A DNA stretch of 64,000 nt from Octopus sinensis (lineage: Eukaryota): contig NC_043015.1 in the NCBI RefSeq assembly GCF_006345805.1, positions 49,972,001-50,036,000 of the forward strand, read 5' to 3'. Below are positions 13,654 to 26,850 of this stretch, in pieces (position 1 is the stretch's first letter; each line of letters begins with the position of its first letter). The translations under genes and the position numbers were made by a program. A model generated the notes under the pieces. It saw only the letters and a list, made by a program, of their open reading frames with translations. It did not search any database and was not told where the DNA came from.

Positions 13654-15241
13654 ACTTTGCTAGTGGTTCAGCAAAAAGGACTAATAGAATAAGTACCAGA
13701 TATTAAAAAAAATAAGTACCAAGATTGATCTGTTCAGCTAAAACCCTTCCATGTTATGCCTCAGCATGGCCACAATCCAATGATTGCGAGATTTTACCAA
13801 ATTTAAATGCAAGCAAAGAACATCCAACTTCTTTTTTTTTTCTTTTTAAACTTTCATGTTGTAAGGCTGATATAACATACAATGAAATATTCGTTTCTAC
13901 TCTAGGTACAAGGCCCCAAATTTTGGGGTAGGGAGCTAGTCGATTAGATTGACACCAGTACGCAACTGGTACTTAATTTATTGATCCACGAAAGGATGAA
14001 AGGCAAAGTTGACCTCGGCGCAATTTGAACTCAGAACGTAAAGACAGATGAAATACTTATTTCCTTACTACCCACAAGTGGCTAAACACAGAGAAGACAA
14101 ACAAGGACAGACACACGGATTAAGTCGATTATATCGACCCCAGTGCGTAACTGGTACTTATTTAATTGACCCCGAAAGGATGAAAGGCAAAGTCGACTTC
14201 GGCGGAATTTGAACTCAGAACATAGCGGCAGACGAAATACTGTTAAGCATTTCACCTGGTGTGTTAACGTTTCTGCCAGCTCGCCACCTTCACACAATGA
14301 AATATTACAGCTAGGCACTACACAGCATTCACAGTTCAGACAATATCAACAACTGTTCTGACTGAGACACTGAACTAAGAAGCAGTTTCCATCAACAAGA
14401 AGTTGCATTCCAATATGATAGTGTACAACAATCATACACTACAAAATTGAAACTACTTAATAATTATCGTTTGATTTAGTTTGTTGGGATTACAGTAATG
14501 CCTAATCCAAGTAGTCAGGAAATTTTAATTACTTAGTTGAAATAATTACATTTTAGACTCCCATTTCAATTAAAACTATCCTTTAGTGGCAACGTCATCA
14601 TTGTTTTAAAGTTCACTTTTCCATGCCTGCATGAAACACACAGAATTTACGGAAGGGAAGTTTCCTATAATTGGATGCCCTTCCTGTCACAAACCCTCAC
14701 CTGTTTCCAAGCAAGGTAATACATGTTCTTGGACAGACATGTTTTCACAAAACACTGGAAATAAAAGGCACCTTTTGTATGAGGAGTGGCATGCGTTTAT
14801 AACTATCAGGTGATGCCAAAATAAAGAGACACACACATACATATACAATAGGCTTCTTTCACTTATGTCTAACAAACCTATGCACAAGGCTTTGGTGAGA
14901 GACAGTTGCCTAAGGTGTTATACAGTGGGACTCAAAACCACAGGTTTGAGAAGCACTCTTCTTGTTTGTGAATGCAAATTAAAAAAAATCATTCAGTAAA
15001 ATATTATCAATATCTTAATTTTCTTCATCCATTTTATGTTGAAAAATGTGTTTAACTGAATCAAATGCTTCACAGATGAAAGAAAACCACTGAATATTAC
15101 TGTGTGTGAGTGTCTACATATATGACATTAGAAGCCAATACCACAACAGACAATTGGAGTCTTGGACAGCTCCCAGCTCCATGTCAAACTGTCTAATTCG
15201 TAAGCATGGGGAGCAGACGTTAAACAATGATATATATATAT

Positions 15242-15625
15242 AGGCGCAGGAGTGGCTGTGTGGTAAGTAGCTTGCCTACCAACCACATCATTCTGGGTTC
15301 AGTCCCACTGCGTGGCAACTTGGGCAAGTGTCTTCTGCTATAGCCTCGGGCCAACCAAAGCCTTCTGAGTGGATTTGGTAGACGGAAACTGAAAGAAGCC
15401 TGTCGTATATATGTATATATATGTATGTATATGTATATGTTTGTGTGTCTGTGTTTGTCCCTCTAGCATTGCTTGACAGTGGTTCGGCAAAAGAGACCGA
15501 TAGAATAAGTACTGGGCTTACAAAGAATAAGTCCCAGGGTCGATTTGCTCAATTAAAGGCGGTGCTCCAGCATGGCCGCAGTCAAATGACTGAAACAAGT
15601 AAAAGAGTAAAAGAGAGTAAAGAGT
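15242..15625 (+). mobile_element. SINE family A; other copies ~9235-9620(+), 18796-19207(-), 21730-22132(-), 28620-29010(-), 29078-29371(-), 39635-40135(+), 63428-63838(-)
   Basis: A box tggctgtgtgg, B box ggttcagtccc, CORE-like ttgggcaagt, (gtaaaaga)n tail. Confidence 0.85.
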
Positions 15626-15629
15626 ATAT

Positions 15630-15817
15630 TGAGTTGCCATCATAGATCTAGCCACTACACACATTTTTTTTTCTCCTTGATTTTTCTGTGTCCCTTTCTG
15701 TAGAAGAGCGTAGGCTTGAAACGTAAAAGACTTTTTTCTATTCCTGAGCGTTATACTAATACATCTGTTTGTTTTGTACACCACCTGTCTTCGTCTTTTG
15801 TTTTTTTCATAAACTCT

Positions 15818-15820
<3 letters not shown>
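15630..15820 (+). mobile_element. (TA)n-associated non-autonomous Penelope-like element with degenerate minimal hammerhead (15694-15729)
   Basis: CTTT-CTGTAGA-A-GAGC gtag GCTT-GAAAC-GTA-AAAG; 3' end abuts long (TA)n; its 3' end recurs at 53360-53420(-). Confidence 0.55.
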
Positions 15821-15860
<40 letters not shown>

Positions 15861-17738
15861 TTTTTGCTAAGACATAGCGATACTAATAAACAGGTTAGAA
15901 CTCAATACACATTTGCTTCAGAAAAGGTGTCAGCATTGCGCTCTGTGTACATACACACACACACATACAGCAATGCTGATACATACAAGGCCTTTCGTTT
16001 GTAAGCTGCCGTCAAGATCAAATATACACAAATGATATACACTTAAGAAGTGTTTGTTTCAACTAATACCTATTTTTCAGTCACTCAACCGTTGTCAAGC
16101 TATCAGTGTCACCTTCAAGTCTTTAGTCTACAATATTGATCCAATGACTTAGTTTGGTGCTGTTTCATTGACCTCAAGAGGGTGGAAAGGAAAGTAACTT
16201 GGCGGACCAGAATCATCAAGGGGGGATTTTGTTTGACACTATTCTGATTCTGCTTTCTACCTTATTATATAGTCAAATCAAATAAATGAACAAGAGGAAG
16301 TGCACATGGAATGTATTAGTTTGATGCTCAGCAAAATGAGAGAATTGTTGACATTTCAAGCATAGCTCTTTTTGAGAAACGGAAAAGTCCAAAGAAGGAA
16401 ATATATATATATAAGAAGACAGAAAATGGTTCTTGATAAACTCATGTTTATCCTTGTCTTTACCTATAATTTATGAGCATAATATGCTTGCATATGTATG
16501 CCCATGGTTAAACAGGTGATATACCAGTAGCGCAATGAATACTTCTATCCCTTAGACGGTTATTTTAACCTCTAACTCAGCTAATCTATATATATATATA
16601 TATATTATTGTCTGAGGCGAGCCGTTTTCTTTTAGTGCCTTATTATTTAAGACATTCACTGGTTTGATTTCCACTCATTTATTTATTTTTTCTAAAATTT
16701 TCATTATTTTGCAACCTTTTCAATAGTTGTTGACAAAAATGAAGTGTGTGTGTGTATACACATATACACACACACATGCATACATAGTGCCAATAAAAAG
16801 CACCCAGCACACTGTGAAATGATTGTCATTAGGAAAGTGCATCCAGCCATAGAAAACATGCCAAAGCAGACATGGTTCTCTTGTTCATTGGCTCCTGTCA
16901 AATCATTCAACCTATGCTTACATGGAAAATGACATTAAGTAATGATATACATACATACACACCTATATACATACATTAATTACCTGTAAGGACATTGTAT
17001 TTCATTATGCAACTATAATAGACTACCAACAATATTAAAGGCTCATATATATAAAGCACAATTTATTCGTGATCAGGTGTTTGAAAACCAAGGTACTATA
17101 ATACTCATATTTTGAGTTCTATTTTACCTGTCTGCATCATGTGCTGCTAGACAGACACACAAATACAGATGCATCCCAATTTTAGAATAGAGACACTACA
17201 TATCACATGTTGTGTAGTGTGACTAAAGTTGTTAACAACAGGAATAACAACTGACAGTAAAATAAACGGCTTCAAAGAGAAAAAAAAATCATCCAACTAA
17301 TGTCGGCAGAAAAAGACATTGCCAATATAGAGCATGACAAGAGTTGTCAAGGCTGGCCATTCATTAACCTACACATAAATGCAAAGGCCTGGGCAAACAA
17401 GTTCAGATGAGAGCTGTTCTTGAAATGCAAATTAGAAATGAGCAGATAGTAGTAGTAGTTGGGAGATTTTTTTTGTTTTTTGTTTTCCTTTGAAGTACAA
17501 CTTTGATTTTAACAATTATGCTTGGCCATGAAGGCATGTCACTTAGTTGGGTTAAGGTATTTGGACTCGAGATTGTGAGCTCATGAATTTTATTCCTGGC
17601 AGAATGTTGTATACTTGAGCAAGACACTTTATTTCGCATCGCTCCACTCCACTCAGCTGGCAAAATTGAAGAGTACCTGTAATTCAAAAGGGCCAGCCTT
17701 GTCACACTGTGTAATGCTGAATCTCCAAGAACTGTTAA

Positions 17739-17959
17739 CCCTTTCGTTACTGTATTTATTTTGAGATGCTTTGTGTTTCTTTCAATTATTTTAAATATAA
17801 CAAAGAATTTAGTAAAATAACTTAGTTATCATTCAGCTAGTGTTAGGAACATAAATTGTGACTAAGGTTTGGTGGAAGATTTTAATTCAGAACTTTTGAA
17901 AACAAGACATTTGTACTACAGGGCCAGAGCCGGTTTCAGCCGGGTTGGTAACAATAGGG
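17739..17959. mobile_element. piggyBac-type MITE inserted in a SINE
   Basis: TTAA|ccctttcgttac ... gtaacaataggg|TTAA; the host SINE resumes on both sides. Confidence 0.8.
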
Positions 17960-19249
17960 TTAAGGGTACGCATGTTTGTGGAGTGCTCAGTCATTTGCAT
18001 GTTAATTTCCCGAACAGGCAGTTCCGTTGATTGGATCAATTGGAACGCTCATCATCATAACAGACAGAATGCTAGTTTTTTTTATGCTTGGCTATTTACC
18101 AAAAACCAATGAAGAACAGACAGACATTCTACAGAAATAAAAACAGAGTACACAGACAAATTGTATTATTTTTTCCAATTTATTTTCATTTTACTTGCTT
18201 TCAGTCTTTCGGGTGTGGCTATACTGGAGCACTGCATTCAACAGTTTTAGTCAATACTAGTACTTATTTGAGAAATTTTTCTTTATCTAATGACTAAGTC
18301 CACCTTTAGTGTAAAGAGATGTAACTCAACACAAACAACACAAAGATGTTTGGGTTTGACAGACTAGTTTATAAGCACAAAAAAAAATATTATTCGTCTA
18401 CCAAAGTTCACTCAGGAGGCACTGGTTATGGCAAAGCTATAGAAGACAAGTGGGACTGAACATGGAACCACCTGATTGTGAAGCAAACTGCTTAACCACA
18501 CAGCCACAATGCTATTCATTGTAAGATATTTTTCACTAAATACCACTGCAAAAACTAAACAGCCAGCAGGGACAGTTGAAGTTCTGACAGATAATAACAT
18601 CACATGAAATGTCAATAAGCATTAAGGTAATCTTCACAAATTAATAAAATCCTTATTAATCCTTCAACTAAAAAAAGAGGTAGAAACAGACATGAAGTCC
18701 AACCAGCTCTAATAGAAGCCTACCTAAGTAGGTTTCAGTATTAAACCAATCTGGGTATTTACTAGAGTACGTTCAAGTGATGATGAGCTGAAAGTTACTC
18801 TTTACTCTTTTACTTGTATCAGTCATTTGTCTGCAATCATGCTGGAGCACCACCTTTAGTCGAATAAAATCGACCCCAGGACTTATTCTTTGTAAGCATA
18901 GTACTTATTCTATTGGTCTCTTTTTGCCAAACTGCTAAGTTACGGGGACATAGACACACCAGCATCGGTTGTCAAGTGATGGTGGGGGGACAAACAGAGA
19001 CACAAACAACAAACACATACATACATACACTTGTATAAATATATATATATACAACAAGATTCTTTCAGTTTCTGTCTACCAAATCCACTCACAAGGCTTT
19101 GGTCGGCCCAAGGCTATAGCAGAAGAGACTTGCCCAAAGTGCCATGCAGTAGGACTGAACTTGGAACCATGTGGTTGGGAAGCAATCTTCTTACCACACA
19201 GCCACTCTTGAATCAAACTTTAACACTTTGCCTCTACAAAGCATTTTCA

Positions 19250-20074
19250 TAAGTTTATTGTATCACACACAACAACTGAAAATCACTTAAAATGTCTTGG
19301 ACTCATTAAGAAGCTCGATATTGTGTTCCACATAAAATGAAAGAGATTCACTTAACATAACAAATCAATATTTGTGATATGCATCTCAAACGCAATGAAA
19401 TTGACCTTTTTTTTAAATGAATCATCACTGGTGATGTAAAATGGATTGTCTACAATAACATCCACCAAAAATGATCATGGTCCAAGCGTAATGAACCGGC
19501 ACAAACCACATCGAAAGCTGAATTGCATCAAAAAAAAGGTAATGCTGTCAATTTGGTGGGATTACAAATGTATTAAATATTTTGCATTGCTTCCAAGAGA
19601 CCAAACAATCAATTCAAATGTTTACTGCCAACAACTAATGAAACTGGAGGACGCAATCAAAGAGAAAAGGCCAGAATTGGCAAACTGTAAAGGAATTATG
19701 TTCCACCATGACAACACTAGACCACACATGTCTTTGCTAAGTCATGAAAAATTATTGGAGCTTGGTTAGGAAGTGATGTCACATCCACCATATAGCCCTC
19801 ACTTTGCACCATCAGATTACCATTTATTTTGAAGTTTGCAAAATTCTTTGAACGGTAAAACTTTCAATAATGATGATGACCTGAAATCGCACTTGCTTCA
19901 GTTTTTGGCTGAAAAGGACCAGAAATTCTATGAGCACAGAGTCACGGAGTTGCCAGAAAGATGGCAAAAGGGCACAGAACAAAATGGAAAAAATATATAA
20001 TAGATTAGATTTCATTCTTTGTATGAAAAAGAATGATTTATTTCACACTAAAAAACTAAAATTACTTCTTGCCA

Positions 20075-20078
<4 letters not shown>
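19250..20078 (+). mobile_element. Decayed mariner transposon (DD34D transposase remnant plus right TIR)
   Basis: Motifs CVPHKM (WVPHEL), IITGDVKW, VMLSIWWD, HHDNTRPH, HPPYSPHFAPSDYHLF with stops/frameshifts; ends ttgccaaccc-TA in (TA)n. Confidence 0.92.
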
Positions 20079-20142
<64 letters not shown>

Positions 20143-22996
20143 CATATGGTAGAGGGAGTGTTGTTTGGTTATGATGCTGGCTTTCCAGCCATGTGGTCTT
20201 TGGTTCAATCTCACAAAGCAGCACCTTGAGCAAGTTGTCTTCTACTATAGCCCCAGCCCAACCAAACTCTTGTGAGTGGATTTGGTAGATGGAAACTGAA
20301 AAAAGCCTGTCATGCATGTGTGTGTACACCCTCATCTTGATATCACGTGATAGCTGTAAATGAGTATCACCATCATACAAGCAGTGCCATTTGTTTCCAG
20401 CACCCTGTGACAAAAATGTCTGACCATGGGGTACATTAGCTTGCTTGAAAACAGGTGACAGTTGGTGACAGGAAGGGCGTCTGGCCATAGAAAAATCTGC
20501 TTCAACAAATTCTGTCTGACCCATACAAGGTTGGACAAGTGGATGTTAAATGATGATGATTATCATCCATTAACATCTGTTGGCCATGCTGGCAGACTAG
20601 AGAGCTCCAGTCTGATTTGGCATGGTTTCTATAGCTGGATGCCCTTCCTAATGCCAACCACTTTAAGAGTGGACAGAGTGCTTTTTACATGGCACCAGCA
20701 CTGGCAAGGTCTGTTTGGAATGGTTTTTATGGCTGGATGCCCTTCCTAATGTCAACCAATTTACAGAGTGTGCTAGGTGCTTTTACATGGTGTCACACGG
20801 GCAGTTTTGTGTGACATCGCACAAATGCTTTTACGCACCACCACAGAAGCTCTTTTACATAACACCACACAAAGTGCTTTTATGTGACATCATCATCATC
20901 ATATATAAAATATGGAGCTTAGAATTTATATCAGTGCTGATACAGTGGGACATAAAACTACTTGAATCAGTGATTTTTTGAAATAATAGCATAAAATGAT
21001 AGTCTGTGTATGTATGCATATGCATGGACATACATAAAAACCCATCTAATTGATTAGCAGAGACTCACTCAATAACACACTGCAACTACTAACCTATAGA
21101 TGTGCTGTTCTATCACTGTTAGGATGGATTCTACTCACTTCAAATAAGTTGCATTCCACCTCCTCTGTAGAATCATGCTAAACACTTTGCTCAATCCCTC
21201 CCGCTTACATTTTACCTATTGCTAGAAGTAGCAGCCAAAACTCACTCGTTTGCATATTACAGTCTTAAAAAAAGTGGGGGTCATATTAGATTGTGTAGTG
21301 TAAGTTATACAGAGTATGAGTAAAAAAAAAGAGCAGGGTTGTGATTTTTCATAATCACAACAGACCTGGGGTTAAATTATCTGTATATTTACTCAATGAA
21401 ATTACCAGTACTTCAAGGAGCACAAGCTGAAACTCAACCATTTGACCTCACTAATCTGAGGTGACATACAAAGGCCACAGGTTATGTCCTTCTGAATAAG
21501 TTAGGAGAGAAAGAGAGAAGGGGAGAGAGAGAAGAAAGAGTAACAAACAGCATTTAATAGAGATAGAGTTTCTTCCTATAAACTATTTGTAAACCTTTGA
21601 GTTCATGGCATAATGTATTTCAATAAAATTCAGTTTACATATAAACATATTTTAGCTTTCAAGTAAAATCGTTTCTGACCTATAGCCAAAACTGGTGAGA
21701 GGAAAGAAAAAAATTTCAGAAATCATGGCTTACTCTTTTACTTGTTTGAGTCATGTGACTGTGGCCATGCTGGAGCACCGCCTTTAGTCGATCAAATCGA
21801 CCTCAGGACTTATTCTTTGTAAGTCTAGTACTTATTTTATTGGTCTCTTTTTTGCCGAACCGCTAAGTTCGCGGGGATGTAAACACACCAGTATTGGTTG
21901 TCAAGCGATGCTGGGGGGGGGGGGGAACACAGACACGCAAACACACACATACATATATATATATATATACGACAGGCTTCTTTCAGTTTCCGTCTACCAA
22001 ATCCATTCACAAGGCTTTGGTCAGCCCAAGGCTATAGTAGAAGACACTTACCCAAGGTGCCACGCAGTGGGACTGAACCCTGAACCATGTGGTTCGTAAG
22101 CAAGCTACTTACCACACAGCCACTCCTACGCCTTGGCTATTTCTAATTAAAAAAATTCTTTTTTTTTCTTTGTGGTAGTGGGGTTCTCAATTTGAGTTAT
22201 AACTGGTATGTTGTTGCATCTTTATATGTTTGCATTCAAACTTTATTCTTATTTGAAACAGACATTGGAGCAATGTTGACAAAATCTTATTCTGGAAAGA
22301 ACCACCAACTTACTTGAATATATTTTTACATGTTTTTTTCACTGTGGGACATATGCTTCATCAGCTGTGTGCAAGAATTTATTTAGGACGAATGATGCAG
22401 TACGATATAAGCAGAGGATAATAGAAACATCTGGTCCAGAGGTTGCAATGTATGACTCAACAAAGTCTGTGCTGTTGTGAGAGTTTTGATGCCAACTGAA
22501 AACAGAGGGACAAAAGAATGCTACAACACAGTAGCAGTCTTTTTGTCCCTCTTTTGTCAGGGAAGTAACCACACTACAGTTGCAATAACTCCAACCATAC
22601 ATCAATATTTGCATATTGCATAAGAGCAGATCTGGGTGGCCCTGGGAAGTTCTGGTGTTGCAGTAGAAGGGGGCTCAAAACACCAATAGAACTGCTTCTC
22701 CAGCTGATGAAACAAAGGCCTCTAAATTCAGAGACGGAGTACAGCAGTACCCTCAGTATACAACTGTTTACCCTAAGAAAGAAAGAGCTAAAAATTGGTA
22801 CTTTCTGACAATATTGCTCCCCCAAATGATGCTGAAACGCACTGATGCTACCAGAGAATGGTGGCCAACAACAATGTAGCCTTCTTTGGTTCTTCAGTTA
22901 CTAACTACAGTAACCACACTGCAGTTCTAATCACTCCAATTATTCATCAATATTAAACATAACACATATGCTATGCAGTTCTCTGCAAATAAAATG

Positions 22997-24591
22997 CATC
23001 AGGTGTCACTTTAAAAAAAACCCTCAGTATGTCACAGGTTTGCCATCATTGTTGTAGACCAATTTACGAGGAAGTCCTTTAGTGATTTACAAGGATTCTT
23101 TCATCAGCAACCTTCAAACATTAAACTCACATACTTGATGTTTCGTCTCTCTTATTCTGTTATTGCTCCTACCATGGCTTCTGCTCTTATCTTTACCATT
23201 TATACCTTTTCTTGCTCTTACCAGAGAGTTCCATCTCCAAGAACATGCACAGAGCACTTTGTGCAACCCTTTGTCTGGAATCCATTTCTATCCATATTGG
23301 ATAGATGATGATGACTTATTTTCTTCATGGAAGTGGAAGAATGGTCTCAGGTGGGTTGATATCAAAAGCATTTAACATATAATTTGTCATGGTTTGATTT
23401 AATGATAATGTAGCTAATTGTTTCATGGCTGCTTGGCTAATGGAAGAGACATTTAGCTGCGATTCATTTATTGTAGAAAAAACAGTGAGTTGCAGAAATA
23501 ATAGTTTTATTCTAAGTAATTACCAAAACTGACATGTTTTGGAATAAAATTATTTTAGTCTAAAACAATTTTAGTCTATTTCACAGACACAATTATTAAG
23601 CAAAAATAACATAAAATAAATGCATCAACAAACACTAAATGTTGTGAAAATAATTTTAAGACTATCATTATTTGATAGTGTTGCAGCTGGGAGCAGCAAA
23701 TCTCTCCAAGACTAGTGAAATTGATGCTGATAATTACATTGTTTATCAGGAATTGGTAAGCCAAGGGACTGCACTAAGAACCAAGGTTTGCTTTGGCATG
23801 GTTTTTACAGCTGTATGCTCTTTGTAATGCCAACATGGATAAAAACAGATTCCAGATGGATTTCACAAAGTACTCAGTACATGTTCTTGGAGATGGGACC
23901 CTACCCAGTAAGAGCAACAAGGGGTTTAGATGGCAAGGATAAGAGCAGAGGCCATGGTAGGAGCAATAACAAGAGAAGAAGGGAGAGGAAACATCATGTC
24001 TGTGCAATAGACAAAAATTGTTTTAGACTAAAATAATTTTATTCCAAAACATGTCAGTTTTGGTAATTACTTAGAATAAAACTATTATTTCTGCAACTCA
24101 AGTTTTTTCTACAATAAATGAATCGCAGCTAAATGTCTCTTCCATTAGCCGAGCAGCCGTGAAACAATTAGCTACATTATCATTAAATCAAACCATGACA
24201 AATTATATTTTAAACGCTTTTGATATCAACCCACCTGAGACCATTCTTCCACTTCCACGAAGAAAATAAGTCATCGTCATCTATCCAATATGGATAGAAA
24301 TGGATTCCAGACAAAGGGTTGCACAAAGTGCTCTGTGCATGTTCTTGGAGATGGAACTCTCTGGTAAGAGCAACAAAAGGTATAAACGGTAAGGATAAGA
24401 GCAGAAGCCATGGTAGGAGTAATAACAGAATAAGGGAGAGGAAACATCAAGTATGTGAGTTTAATGTTTGAAGGTTGCTGATGAAAGAGAATCCTAGTAA
24501 ATCACTAAAGGACTTCCTCGTAAATTGGTCTACAACAATGATGGCAAACCTGTGACATACTGAAGGTTTTATTTTTAAGTGACACATGATG
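22997..24591. repeat. Long inverted duplication: arms 22997-23589 and 23997-24591, 407-bp spacer
   Basis: The arms read as reverse complements along their whole length with scattered mismatches. Confidence 0.95.
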
Positions 24592-25929
24592 AACTTAGGA
24601 GGAAAAAAATCTCTCTCCAATATCATATAATAAAAAAAAACTTAACCAGAAGTTTTTAACTAAAACACATGACAAGATCATTAAAAGATATATAAATGTC
24701 AACATGCTGCTAGACTAAAATGATTCACCATCACTAGTCTAGGATGCTTTTCTCTGTGTATAGCACCATCTCATAGATGTGAGTAGTATGTCAGAGTGGG
24801 TCTTGTCTGAGCTTTGAAGAGGATGAGTAACTGATCAGAGCTGAAGCATGAGCTGGCTCTGGAGAAGAGGTCAGCAAACTTTTTATGTCACTGGCCTCTT
24901 CAAGAATCATTGATAACTAAATTACTTCCAATGTAGTAAATTTCTAAAATCAAAAAGTATAATTAATAAAAAAAAATCTCTTGATTAGACAATAATAATT
25001 CCTTTGTTTTTTTCTTTTTTTTGTCAATAATGCTTTTCAATAATTTTTAATGAAATTTTATGAAAACACTCAACTATAAAGAACAATACAAATTTAGTCC
25101 GATTATATTGATGTAATTGGAATATTTCGTGTGAAATATACCTTTGGTGAATACAAGTTATTATTTCATTAATATTTGGTTGGAAATTAAATTATTGTGC
25201 TCTTTCAGATTCATTCTGTTTTTCTCCTCCATTAAAAGCGAATGCTCAAAATTGTTTCAGGTGTTTATTGAGCCCTTGGAGAGCCACACCGACTCCACTC
25301 AACCAGGGATCAATACTTACTACTCTGCAACCCCCCAGCCCACCCCAGATCTAGAATAATCTTAGTTCCATGATGTGGTTTTAAATCAAACTAGAGGAGT
25401 CCTGAATATAAAAAAAAAAAAAGAAAGAAAACTCACAAACAAGAGGATAATTTAAACACCAAGACATCAGTGGTACTGTATTTAGTGGTACCATACACAC
25501 ATTTTGTAAAAGTGACACATGGACACTGAACAAGTGATATATACATAAGTGCTTCTTCAAACTTTCTGTTCATTCAAGAGGTTTAATTTGCAACTACTTC
25601 ACTAAGTTGCTTTCATGACCTAGCTCTTCTACAGCTAATTTGAATGAACTCTTGAGATTCTGCAAAACTCCAGATCAGCAGTTCCAAAACTTTTTCAGGC
25701 TGCTACCCCTTTAATACACAGGCCACATTCCTAGCACCTCCACCCCAACTAACCATCACAGACATAGAGCTCTTTCTGAAGCGAATTCAAAACAAATGTA
25801 TTTCACAAATATAACTTAATCTAATGAACCCATTATTTTGTTGCTTTTACATGAATCACCACCCAATTATCACCCCAGTATTTACATGAATCGTTACCCC
25901 ATTACTGCCCCACTTTTCTTATATTTTTA

Positions 25930-26830
25930 TGTTTTTTGATTTATTATTAGTGTTGCTTAATATGTTTTGCTAAAATTGCTGGGGTTTTTCCAGATATCAT
26001 CAGAAAATGGTAAATAAAATTTATTAAAATGACAGATCTATTGGACTTTCAAAGGGGTCGATTTGTTGGTGCTTGTATGGCAGGCACTAGTGTAACGAAA
26101 ACAGCCATAAAAACCACTACTTTCAAAAACAAATGTTGCAAAAATTTAGAGTGGAGCAAAGACCTACAGAATTGGTCCCAAGTGGAAGAATGTTATTTTC
26201 TCGGACAAGTCATCCTTTACCTTATTTCCAACCACTGGCTGAGTATATGTGTGGAGACAGCCAAAAGAAGCATTTGACCCAGACTGCCTTCTTCCAACTG
26301 TTAAATATGGAGGAGGATCTGTGATGATCTGGGGAGCTATATCTTGGAAATCCACTGGCCCAATAGTTTCCCTTCATGACAGAATCAATAGTCAAGACTA
26401 TTTAAGCATTTTATGTGATCAAATTCATCATATGGCTGAGGAACTGTTTCTGGAGGGAAATGCAATGTTTCAGGATGATAATGCACCAATTCACACACCT
26501 AAAGTTGTTGCTGAATGGCACGAGGAACATTCTAGTGAAGTTGAACATCTTACCTGGCTGCCCAGTCCCCAGATCTCAATATTAAACATTTATGGTGCAT
26601 TTTAGAAAAACAAGTAAGGAGTCGATATCCTCCTCCATCATCACTACAAGAACTGGAGACTGGTTTAGCTGAAGAATGGACAAAAGTTCCTTCGGAATCA
26701 ATTCAAAATTTGTACAAGTCCATACCTCGTAGAATTCACGCTGTAATCACTGCCAAAGGCGGTCCTACCCCATATTAAAATAAATTTGTTTCAAATTTTA
26801 ATGTGTTTCCATTATTTTGTCCAACCCCTG
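25930..26830 (+). mobile_element. Decayed, internally deleted Tc1-family transposon
   Basis: N-terminus MTDLLDFQRGRFVG; catalytic region PTVKYGGGSVMIWGAIS...FQDDNAPIH...SPDLN; right TIR ccattattttgtccaacccctg-TA. Confidence 0.92.
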
Positions 26831-26850
26831 TATATGTATATGTATATATA

